Source: Dehalococcoidia bacterium (GTDB lineage Bacteria > Chloroflexota > Dehalococcoidia > GIF9 > AB-539-J10). Taken from it: a stretch of DNA of 38,453 nucleotides. Made by a program: the position numbers and the translations under genes. Of this stretch, positions 20,483 to 29,252 are shown one piece after another (position 1 is the first letter of the stretch; each line of letters starts with the position of its first letter). The DNA is taken from the NCBI GenBank assembly GCA_004377135.1, contig SOHS01000110.1:1-38453 (forward strand). The letters run 5' to 3'. A model generated the notes under the pieces. That model made no database searches. It was not told the origin of the DNA and was given only the letters and a program-made list of their open reading frames with translations.

Positions 20483-20956
20483 TCACCAGCGATAGTGAGC
20501 AAAGGCTTTGTTAGCCTCTGCCATCTTGTGAAGATCATCACGTTTCTTAATTGCTGTCCCCCGACCATGGACAGCATCAACCAACTCGCTCGCCAGCCTT
20601 TCTTCCATAGATTTGCCACTACGAGCTCGCGCTGAAGCAATAAGCCATCTCATGGCAAGAGCGCGCCCTCGATCTTCCCTTACCTCTGAGGGGACCTGAT
20701 AGGTAGCCCCACCAATACGGCGTGATTTAACCATGAGAAGCGGCGTAGCATTTCTAATCGCTCGCTCTAAGGCTTCTTCAGGACTGCTATTCACTTGCTG
20801 AGCAGTGAGCTGCAAGGCATTATAGACAATGCGCTCGGCTATAGATTTTTGCCCTCCTAGCATAAGCTTATTAATAAATTTAGCTACCGTAGTGCTGTCA
20901 TATTTAGCATCGGGTGGCGGTACCCTTTTTACTACTTTTCTAGCTCCTCTTGGCAT
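20483..20956 (-). CDS. rpsG: 30S ribosomal protein S7
   Basis: 157 aa, starting MPRGARKVVKR and ending NKAFAHYRW. Confidence 0.95.
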   Translation of the reverse strand: MPRGARKVVKRVPPPDAKYDSTTVAKFINKLMLGGQKSIAERIVYNALQLTAQQVNSSPEEALERAIRNATPLLMVKSRRIGGATYQVPSEVREDRGRALAMRWLIASARARSGKSMEERLASELVDAVHGRGTAIKKRDDLHKMAEANKAFAHYRW

Positions 20957-20968
20957 TCGATATCCTCG

Positions 20969-21382
20969 CTATTTTTGTGCCTTGGCCCCATACCTGCTGC
21001 GACTTCGTTTACGACCAGATACTCCCTCAGTGTCCAAGGTGCCACGGATAATATGGTAGCGAATTCCAGGAACATCTTTAACCCGGCCACCACGAATCAA
21101 CACTACCGAGTGTTCCTGCAAATTATGTCCTTCGCCAGGAATATAAGCGGTCACTTCCATGCCGTTGGTTAGCCTAACGCGGGCAACTTTGCGCAATGCC
21201 GAGTTGGGCTTCTTAGGTGTAACCGTCTTAACCTGGACGCATACACCCCTTCTTTGAGGCGCTCCCTGGATCCATTTAATTTCCCCTTTCATTGTATTTC
21301 GGGTGTAATGCAATGCCGGGACATCGCTTTTCTTTCCTATCTTTTGCCGTCCTTTACGAGTAAGTTGATTAATTGTTGGCAT
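20969..21382 (-). CDS. rpsL: 30S ribosomal protein S12
   Basis: 137 aa, starting [12 protein letters not shown], with [20 protein letters not shown]. Confidence 0.95.
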   Translation of the reverse strand: MPTINQLTRKGRQKIGKKSDVPALHYTRNTMKGEIKWIQGAPQRRGVCVQVKTVTPKKPNSALRKVARVRLTNGMEVTAYIPGEGHNLQEHSVVLIRGGRVKDVPGIRYHIIRGTLDTEGVSGRKRSRSRYGAKAQK

Positions 21383-21519
21383 TCCTATACTCCTCTATTT
21401 TAGGCAATCAAAAAGCCGTCTGGTTATATGCCGGTCTACTCCAGGAAAATTTGCTCGGCTTCAGCCAGCCGGCTTTTAAACTCTCTACGTTTTTACCTTC
21501 TAGTAGACACCAACTTACT

Positions 21520-21548
21520 AATTTAACACAAGGTAATTAGCGTGTCAA
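21520..21548 (-). promoter_or_regulatory. promoter of the str/S10/spc superoperon (TTGACA-N17-TAAATT)
   Basis: Minus strand reads TTGACA CGCTAATTACCTTGTGT TAAATT, about 135 nt upstream of the rpsL ATG. Confidence 0.45.
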
Positions 21549-21785
21549 CTAGCGAAGCAATACTTTTTCCTAATCAACAAGGTAGTGCATACCACCATCT
21601 ATATCGAAATTTATACAGACCCTTATAATGAGATGTTGGCCAGTGGTCCCTCTATATCACATTCCGTCGATATGGCTGGAAAACAGTTTATCAGCACTGA
21701 ATCACAACTCAGAAACCGAGAAATGGAAGGGGGATACTTTTTCAGGGCAAGCTTACCCGTTACGATATTTCGAACGCTTTACTTG

Positions 21786-22940
21786 CTAATGCAGGTGTCT
21801 CCTTACTCCTGCCTTAACTTTGAACATCCTGCTACTGGCTAGGTTATATAAATACGCATTGAGCATAGCTACGTATTCATCTACTTCTTCACGATCGAAT
21901 TGTATGACTTTATTGGCTATTCGTTGACAATAATCGCAATGGCTACACCCAGATAAACAATCTTGCTTCTTGAAGAAATCTATAAAACCTTCTAGGGCTT
22001 GGTTGTCGATATATAATCTGGGCAGTGACCCAATAACGTTGTTCTGTACGCCCGGTAAATCAGAATTGCCAAATCCAACTTTGGGAGTAATGACGTTCAA
22101 AATATCATATAGGTTCCCCTGATAACGACGTGACGAATATGCTGTGGCAGCATTCAAAATTCGCTCGGTTGGCATTGACCTGCCACTGGTTTTGAACATA
22201 TCGATACCTATCTCTTCATAAACATGAATATCCTCGGGTCTTACCCAGCGGCATTTAATGGCCTGAGAGATATCCCAGAGCCTGTCTAGAGTACAACGCA
22301 GTACACAATAGTCTTCATAATAACCGTTAAGCGGATTATAACTTTGACTGGCATGCCCCAGGGTATCATGGTGGTAATATTCGTAGGGGCACTGGTATAA
22401 GCAGAGATTATTCAGTAGTACAGTGAGTCCGCAATTCACTGCGCTCCTGATAGCCTTAAGTAAAGTAAAGTCCCGGTTTACATTAATGTCCAGAGTAATA
22501 GAATCGGCGCCTAAGGATTCAAATAATTTAGCTCTAGCAACGCTGCTCACATGAGCAATGGTTGACACCCTTACATCCAGCTGCGGAAATTGACGCTTTA
22601 TAAGCTCAATCAGATAAGGGATGCTTACTGTGACACTATCCACCCCCATGCTGGTAATCCATCTAATTTGCTCTAGCAATTCTCGATGAGTATTCTCATC
22701 CCACTCCATATTAACCATACTGGGAGCATTTAAGATATAGTCAAACTTCAGACCTGCGGAATGCGCCCGCTCGATGTATTCCTCCGCCTGATTTTCTGCC
22801 ATGTGGACATTCTCAGCACCTCTCCCCCCACTACCTATCATTGAGGTGGGCAATACGCCATATATCTGTACCTCGGCTTCCAGCCTGCTTAATGGCAATA
22901 TCAAGTCTGGATCCCAATTCGTTGGCACTAGTAACTTCAT
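21786..22940 (-). CDS. peptidase-U32-family protein (probable Fe-S enzyme rather than protease)
   Basis: 384 aa. The layout matches the U32 TIM-barrel as I recall it: N-terminal KLLVPT..., GVDSVTVSIPYLIELIK, LDVRVSTIAH, GADSITLD. Cys pairs CLYQC...CVLRC and a C-terminal CLSGCSHCDYC cluster are present. Confidence 0.55.
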   Translation of the reverse strand: MKLLVPTNWDPDLILPLSRLEAEVQIYGVLPTSMIGSGGRGAENVHMAENQAEEYIERAHSAGLKFDYILNAPSMVNMEWDENTHRELLEQIRWITSMGVDSVTVSIPYLIELIKRQFPQLDVRVSTIAHVSSVARAKLFESLGADSITLDINVNRDFTLLKAIRSAVNCGLTVLLNNLCLYQCPYEYYHHDTLGHASQSYNPLNGYYEDYCVLRCTLDRLWDISQAIKCRWVRPEDIHVYEEIGIDMFKTSGRSMPTERILNAATAYSSRRYQGNLYDILNVITPKVGFGNSDLPGVQNNVIGSLPRLYIDNQALEGFIDFFKKQDCLSGCSHCDYCQRIANKVIQFDREEVDEYVAMLNAYLYNLASSRMFKVKAGVRRHLH

Positions 22941-23032
22941 GACACCTCGCTACGGCACATAATACTGATACAAAGCAGGGCAGATGTACCTACCTTTGGA
23001 CATTTCTTCGTGTTTAGCAAAACCATACGTTA

Positions 23033-23082
23033 TATCGTAATCCGATGTATTATGAATTTAAAGAAATTTTTTGTCAATACCC
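23033..23082 (-). repeat. promoter module copy 1 (50 nt)
   Basis: 45 of 50 positions are identical (by eye) to 23198-23247, which lies 165 nt away in direct orientation. Confidence 0.8.
23049..23077 (-). promoter_or_regulatory. promoter P1 upstream of the U32 gene (TTGACA-N17-CATAAT)
   Basis: Minus strand reads TTGACA AAAAATTTCTTTAAATT CATAAT. Confidence 0.55.
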
Positions 23083-23197
23083 CCAATTAAAAATCACTGC
23101 TCCAAGATTTTGTCAACATGTAATTGTCTCGGGAGATGTCACCCCACGAAAATATTAAGAAAAGGACAAAACTTAGATTATATCTTATATGGTCCTG

Positions 23198-23247
23198 TAT
23201 CGTAATGCGATGTATTATGAACATAACGAACTTTTTTGTCAATACCC
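23198..23247 (-). repeat. promoter module copy 2 (50 nt)
   Basis: Direct repeat of 23033-23082. Confidence 0.8.
23214..23242 (-). promoter_or_regulatory. promoter P2 (TTGACA-N17-CATAAT)
   Basis: Minus strand reads TTGACA AAAAAGTTCGTTATGTT CATAAT. Confidence 0.5.
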
Positions 23248-23324
23248 TTTTGATCTTGGCATATAGTTAGACACCCTATAAAACCATAGCAGCATTATAT
23301 TATCATCTTTCAACTTCGACTGAC

Positions 23325-24080
23325 TTAAGGAAATGCTCCACCATCTATAGTGATGACTTGTCCAGTGATATAGCCAGCTCTTTCACTGGCTAAAAAAGCT
23401 ACCAATTCAGCCACATCCTCAGGTTGACCAAAGCGTTGCAACGGAACCATTGCCAGTATGGCCTCTTTTTTTTCCGAAGGCAGCTTATCTGTCATCCCAG
23501 TAATAATGAAACCTGGAGCCACGGCATTGACAGTTATATTACGGGAACCCATCTCTCGGGCTATGCTCTTGGTGAAAGCAATGAGTCCTCCTTTGGAAGC
23601 AGCATAGTTACTTTGCCCTATATTCCCTACTATCCCGGTCACCGAAGATATGCTAATAATACGCCCCCATTCCTGTCTCATCATAGACTTCAGGGCAAAC
23701 TTGGTGCACAGGTAAGCTCCACGTAAATTAGTGTTAATTACATCGTCCCAGGCATCATCAGACATTCTTAACAAAAGGGTATCTCTATTTATTCCGGCAT
23801 TATTTACCAGAATATCAACCTTGCCCCATTTATCAGTCACCTGTTCTACCATGACCTGCGCTACCGCACTATCCCGAATATCAGCTTCAACCGACATGGC
23901 TTCCCCGCCTAGCCGGATTATGTCTTCCACTACATTATCCGCATCAACCTTATTACTATCTTCAATTGCTACGTAATTGACTGCTACCTTGGAACCAAGG
24001 CTGGCAAGCTTCAAGGCAATAGCTTTACCTATGCCGCGAGAGGCACCAGTTACTATGGATACTTTTCCTTCCAATTCCAT
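23325..24080 (-). CDS. fabG: 3-oxoacyl-[ACP] reductase
   Basis: 251-aa SDR with TGASRGIGKAIA and YAASKGG. Last gene of the fab cluster. Confidence 0.9.
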   Translation of the reverse strand: MELEGKVSIVTGASRGIGKAIALKLASLGSKVAVNYVAIEDSNKVDADNVVEDIIRLGGEAMSVEADIRDSAVAQVMVEQVTDKWGKVDILVNNAGINRDTLLLRMSDDAWDDVINTNLRGAYLCTKFALKSMMRQEWGRIISISSVTGIVGNIGQSNYAASKGGLIAFTKSIAREMGSRNITVNAVAPGFIITGMTDKLPSEKKEAILAMVPLQRFGQPEDVAELVAFLASERAGYITGQVITIDGGAFP

Positions 24081-24089
24081 TACTGACTT

Positions 24090-25373
24090 TCACTCGCTGG
24101 CGCGTTTAAGTACCAGACAGCAATTTTCACCACCTAACCCAAAGCTATTCTTCAGACATACATTTACCTGAGCCGGGCGAGCTACATTGGGGACATAATC
24201 CAGATCACAGTCCGGATCAGGGGTCTCATAATTTATAGTTGGATGGATAATCCCTTTGTTCATAACTAATATAGCGGCGATGGTTTCAATAGCGCCGCCA
24301 GCAGTAATGCCATGCCCAATCATGGATTTAGTAGAGCTTATAGGAATTTTGTAAGCATGCTCTCCAAACACTATCTTAATAGCTTTGGTTTCACAGGCAT
24401 CATTCAGTTTGGTGCTGGTGCCGTGAGCGTTAATATAATCAACCTCCTCAATCTTCACCCTGGCATTTTGCAGGGCAGTACGCATAGCATAAGCCTCAGC
24501 GTCAGGGGCGGGAGCAGTTGCATCGTGGGCATCGAAAGACCAACCTGCACCGGCAACTTCAGCCAGGATAGGTGCACCCCGTCTCTTGGCATGTTCATAG
24601 CTTTCCAAGACAACTAATCCGGCACCCTCAGCATAGACGAAACCATTGCGGTTGAGATCAAATGGACGACAAGCCTTGGACGGGTCAGGTTCATGGGAAA
24701 GGGCTCCCAAAATATCTATTCCAGCCACGCCAACTGGCTCCAGGCTGGCGTCAGAACCCCCGGCTATCATCACATCAACATACCCTAAGCGAATGAAATT
24801 GGTCGCTGTGCCTATGGCGTCAGCGCCACTGGCACAAAGGCTATTCACACTGCTATTAGGGCCCCTGGCCCCCAGCATCATTCCCACCTGCATGGATGCT
24901 GCACTGGCTGTTGACTTGGTGATGAAGAGAGGGTCGGCTCCTCTTCTAGGACCCGTTTTTTGGTATTGCTCCCATCCCCAAACAACATAGCCTTGTTCCG
25001 TCATAGTAGAAATGCTGACACCTACTCTATCAGAATTTTCCTGGGCCATATCCAGGCCGGCTGATTGTATTGCTTCTTTGGCAGCAGCAATGGCAAACTG
25101 AATGGTCCTTGAAGTCCGGTCAATTGCCTTCAAGTCCATATACTTTGTGGCATCAAAGCCATGCACCTCAGCATCCACTTTCACTCGAAAGTTGCTGGCA
25201 TCAAAGTGGGTAATAGGACCGATGGCTGACTTTCCTGCGACTAATCCCTCCCAAAACTCTTCTGCACTTAAGCCCAAGGGATTAATAGTACCCATACCGG
25301 TAACTACAACTCTCGGTATATCTATCGTGCCCCAAGAATTTACCGAGTTCGTAGAAACTTTAGCCGTGTTCAT
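24090..25373 (-). CDS. fabF: 3-oxoacyl-[ACP] synthase II
   Basis: 427 aa with the Cys-His-His triad context (LCASGADAIG, NAHGTST, GHGITAGG). Confidence 0.9.
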   Translation of the reverse strand: MNTAKVSTNSVNSWGTIDIPRVVVTGMGTINPLGLSAEEFWEGLVAGKSAIGPITHFDASNFRVKVDAEVHGFDATKYMDLKAIDRTSRTIQFAIAAAKEAIQSAGLDMAQENSDRVGVSISTMTEQGYVVWGWEQYQKTGPRRGADPLFITKSTASAASMQVGMMLGARGPNSSVNSLCASGADAIGTATNFIRLGYVDVMIAGGSDASLEPVGVAGIDILGALSHEPDPSKACRPFDLNRNGFVYAEGAGLVVLESYEHAKRRGAPILAEVAGAGWSFDAHDATAPAPDAEAYAMRTALQNARVKIEEVDYINAHGTSTKLNDACETKAIKIVFGEHAYKIPISSTKSMIGHGITAGGAIETIAAILVMNKGIIHPTINYETPDPDCDLDYVPNVARPAQVNVCLKNSFGLGGENCCLVLKRASE

Positions 25374-25378
25374 TATTC

Positions 25379-26390
<1,012 letters not shown>

Positions 26391-26394
<4 letters not shown>

Positions 26395-27440
26395 AACTTA
26401 CCTCCTTGGTTAAATTTGGCCAATTCCGACTTCAAACTTTCAACAACCCCGGCTTTTACCGCTTCCTTGGCGCTTTCTATAGCATTAGCTATTTGGGGAG
26501 CCCGGCTAGCTCCATGCGCTATCTTCACAACCCCATCAATACCCCACAAAATACCGCCACCATGCTTCTCAGTTTCATTGGATATTTTGGTTGCCGGGAA
26601 TAATCCCTTAAACAATAATCTTACTAAGGCGCGCAGGGGTGGGTACTTTTTTAGCTTACGCACTATCCAAACCTGGGCGTAACCCCCTATGCTTTCATAA
26701 AACTTTAAAATAACATTGCCCACAAAGCCATCGCAGACAATGACATTGGCTTTGCCGTTTAAGATATCACTGCCTTCTATATTGCCAACGAAGTTCAACC
26801 CACTATTTTTGAGAAGTGAATAAGCTTCACGCACTGCGTCACTCCCTTTGCTTTCTTCACTCCCCGTGCTTAGCAAAGCTACCTTGGGGTCAGTGATGTT
26901 AAGGAACTTCTTAGCATAGACTGAGCCAGCAACGGCAAAAGTTAGGAATTGATGTGGCTTGCAATCTACATTAGCCCCGAGGTCTACCATCACAGTATTC
27001 GGTGCAAAGCTCCCCAGAGAGCCGACAAGTGCCGGACGATATACTCCGTCCACCATGCCCATAAATTGAATGGCGCTTATTGCGGCTGCCGCAGTAGATC
27101 CGGCACTCAATAATGCATCTGCTTCGCCCGATTTTACCATCTTCGCCGCTATGGCAACAGAACAATTAGGCTTGCGGCGAACTACGTCAACCGGCGACTC
27201 ATTTTCCTTGATAACGTCACTGGCTCCAACAACATGGATGGATGAACCGTTAGTGAGTTTGCACTTGGCTAATTCCTTTTCCAGAATGGTTGCGGTGCCC
27301 ACCAAGAAGATTTCTACATCATTCTTCCGAGCCGCAAGAACCGCCCCCTTAACTATTTCCCCAGGAGCATAATCACCACCCATGGCATCCACAGCCACCC
27401 TTATTCTGCCATTTTGAACCATATTTTTATTTCTTATCAC
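26391..27440 (-). CDS. plsX: phosphate:acyl-ACP acyltransferase PlsX
   Basis: 349 aa. Contains RVAVDAMGGDYAP and CDGFVGNV. Confidence 0.9.
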
Positions 27441-27849
27441 TTGAGAACTTGACTATTGTCTCTCCTGTAACTATCATTTCTCCTTTTTGATTACGACACT
27501 CAAAACTGCAATTTGCGTATGATACATCATCTTCTTGTTCAATGCAATCAATTTTACCATTGATAGTCAGCGTGTCTCCAGGATGTGCTGGCTCTTTAAA
27601 CTTCGCGCGAAGCTTACCTTCAGACAGCCAGTTTCGGCCAAAAGCCGAGGTCATCATCTCTGACACATAAGCCAAGCTAAGCATACCATGAGCAATAGTT
27701 CCACCCAAAGGAGTCTTAGCAGCAAAAGACTCGTCTATGTGGATGGGATTAAAATCACCCGATGCCTCAGCATAAAGGTTAATTTTCTCCTGGGTGATAT
27801 GTTTTACCACCGAATCAAAAGCCTTACCTTCTTGAATCTCTGTTAGCAT
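27427..27849 (-). CDS. MaoC-like (R)-specific hydratase/dehydratase, catalytic hotdog subunit (HadB-like)
   Basis: 140 aa. Carries the hydratase-2 motif YAEASGDFNPIHIDESFA. Confidence 0.75.
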   Translation of the reverse strand: MLTEIQEGKAFDSVVKHITQEKINLYAEASGDFNPIHIDESFAAKTPLGGTIAHGMLSLAYVSEMMTSAFGRNWLSEGKLRAKFKEPAHPGDTLTINGKIDCIEQEDDVSYANCSFECRNQKGEMIVTGETIVKFSSDKK

Positions 27850-27856
27850 TTCCTCC

Positions 27857-28252
27857 TTAGGTGGGCAATGCTATAGTTGCCCTTCCTGATTGCACTTTTT
27901 CTTTGCCTTTGTCAAAAACCTCTAACTCCAGAATTAACATACTCATTTTGCCCCGAGTTATTTTTTGTAACACTCCTATGTAACACTCTATAGTAGCTCC
28001 AATTGGCACCATTTTGAAAAACTCTAATTCTTGTGAGGCATGTATAGCAATAGTGTCAGGTGGCAGTGGAATAGACTTTGTCGTAGCAGCTATGGTGCAG
28101 GCTGTAATAGCCAAAGGAGGGACAAATCCATCACCTTCACTATCTACAGCTTTTAGATATTTGGAAACGAAGGAGTCACTCAGTTCATAGGTAGTAGGAG
28201 GGAATTTGTAACCGGGTGTTAGCTCTTCATAGCTTATAGCTCTGTCCGGCAT
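27857..28252 (-). CDS. hotdog-fold protein lacking the hydratase motif (HadA/HadC-like partner subunit)
   Basis: 131 aa. First gene of the operon, 7 nt upstream of the catalytic MaoC gene. No D-x-N-P-x-H motif. Confidence 0.6.
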   Translation of the reverse strand: MPDRAISYEELTPGYKFPPTTYELSDSFVSKYLKAVDSEGDGFVPPLAITACTIAATTKSIPLPPDTIAIHASQELEFFKMVPIGATIECYIGVLQKITRGKMSMLILELEVFDKGKEKVQSGRATIALPT

Positions 28253-28292
28253 TCGACTAGTTCCTGATACATCGGTATGCTATGCATATTAC

Positions 28293-28320
28293 ATTATACA
28301 CTGCCCCTGATTATTGTCAA
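28293..28320 (-). promoter_or_regulatory. promoter of the fab/plsX operon (TTGACA-N16-TATAAT)
   Basis: Minus strand reads TTGACA ATAATCAGGGGCAGTG TATAAT, about 40 nt upstream of the first hotdog gene. Confidence 0.5.
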
Positions 28321-28496
28321 TATTTTCCTATTATTACCACCACCCATTAATAATGGACTTTTGGCATCGACAGAATTGACTTAAAATCAACCTGTCCCAC
28401 ACAGAATACCCTAAATTGCTGGAAGGTATAAGACGGAAAAAGCTATCGAGCACACTTTGCTAGCTGCACCGTCTTCCCATTTGGTTTACTGCAAAA

Positions 28497-28568
28497 TGGG
28501 CTCGGCAGGATTCGAACCTGCGACCAACCGGTTATGAGCCGGCCGCTCTGCCACTGAGCTACGAGCCC
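28497..28568 (-). tRNA. tRNA with CAU anticodon (elongator Met or lysidine-modified Ile2), CCA not encoded
   Basis: Reverse complement reads GGGCTCGTAGCTCAGTGGCAGAGCGGCCGGCTCATAACCGGTTGGTCGCAGGTTCGAATCCTGCCGAGCCCA. Clean cloverleaf. It is not initiator-like because the anticodon stem has no 3xGC. Confidence 0.85.
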
Positions 28569-28617
28569 ACTCTTCTACCCATGAAAAGCTTCACCTTTCA
28601 TGGTAACCAATATTGTG

Positions 28618-28695
28618 TGGAGCAGGAAACGGGACTCGAACCCTCGACACCTTACCTGGAAAGAGTAGTTATGACTGAGCCCTCGTTTTCCTCAC
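28618..28695 (-). pseudogene. degenerate tRNA-Gly(UCC)-derived sequence
   Basis: The 3' 33 nt (GTGTCGAGGGTTCGAGTCCCGTTTCCTGCTCCA) match the fragment at 37517-37549 at 30 of 33 positions by eye. The acceptor helix is partly retained (GTGAGGA / TTCCTGC), but the T stem has an A-G mismatch and the D and anticodon stems cannot form. Confidence 0.6.
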
Positions 28696-29252
28696 CTTTT
28701 AAACGTGACAAGCGGTAGAGGACTGCCTCTTTCCATTACTAATCAGGTGAGTGTTCATTCTCTATCTCCCGCCACTTCCTTGACTGATTTTACCATGCTT
28801 GCCCATAAGGCAACAACCGGTTTGGTAAGGACAAGAGACACTTCTTAGAGTTACCATAGTCTCTTTACAGTCAAAAGGATACGAATACTTGGCCTATTGC
28901 CCATCGAACAAAAGAGGTTTTATTGTGTTTGAAATCTAGCTAGAATATCGTCTCCCCTAGCCAGCTGAGCGCATTTCAAGTTCGCTAGAACTGACAGGCG
29001 CCAGGGGATTCGGAATTAAGTCATACAGAGGGGATAGCCCACGCAAATCTGTACTTGAGAATATTAAGCTGCGCTCAACTTTGCTACCTTGGCTAAACAA
29101 TTGTTCCTTTGACCTCACTAGTCCAAAGTTGTAGACTGTCAATATCTTCTTAACCGGAACTTAAATAGGTACACAGCCAAGGCCAGATTACAATGTGGAC
29201 AAAGGCTTGAAAGAGCACTTTGGTTCATGCCTCGAGACAGAAGTGAAGGAAA

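Noticed and set aside
21585-21842. 85-aa plus-strand ORF in the rpsL-U32 spacer.
   Set aside because: It has a non-ATG start, overlaps the 3' end of the U32 gene by 57 nt, and has no motifs. The region is more likely the U32 3' UTR plus the upstream part of the rpsL promoter.
28618-29250. Possibility that the tRNA-like 3' end at 28618 belongs to a tmRNA, or that RNase P or SRP RNA lies in the adjacent noncoding DNA.
   Set aside because: - tmRNA: the acceptor end reads ..TTCCTGC-T-CCA (Gly-like), not the ..TCCACCA Ala-like end, and no GGGGCAG-type 5' partner is present.
- RNase P: GAGGAAAACGAGGGCTC only superficially resembles the P4 GAGGAAAGTCCGGGCTC, and the ACAGAA..GGCTTA partner is absent.
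- SRP RNA: CCGGAA...CAGCCAAGGCCAGA near 29155-29190 lacks the helix-8 pairing.
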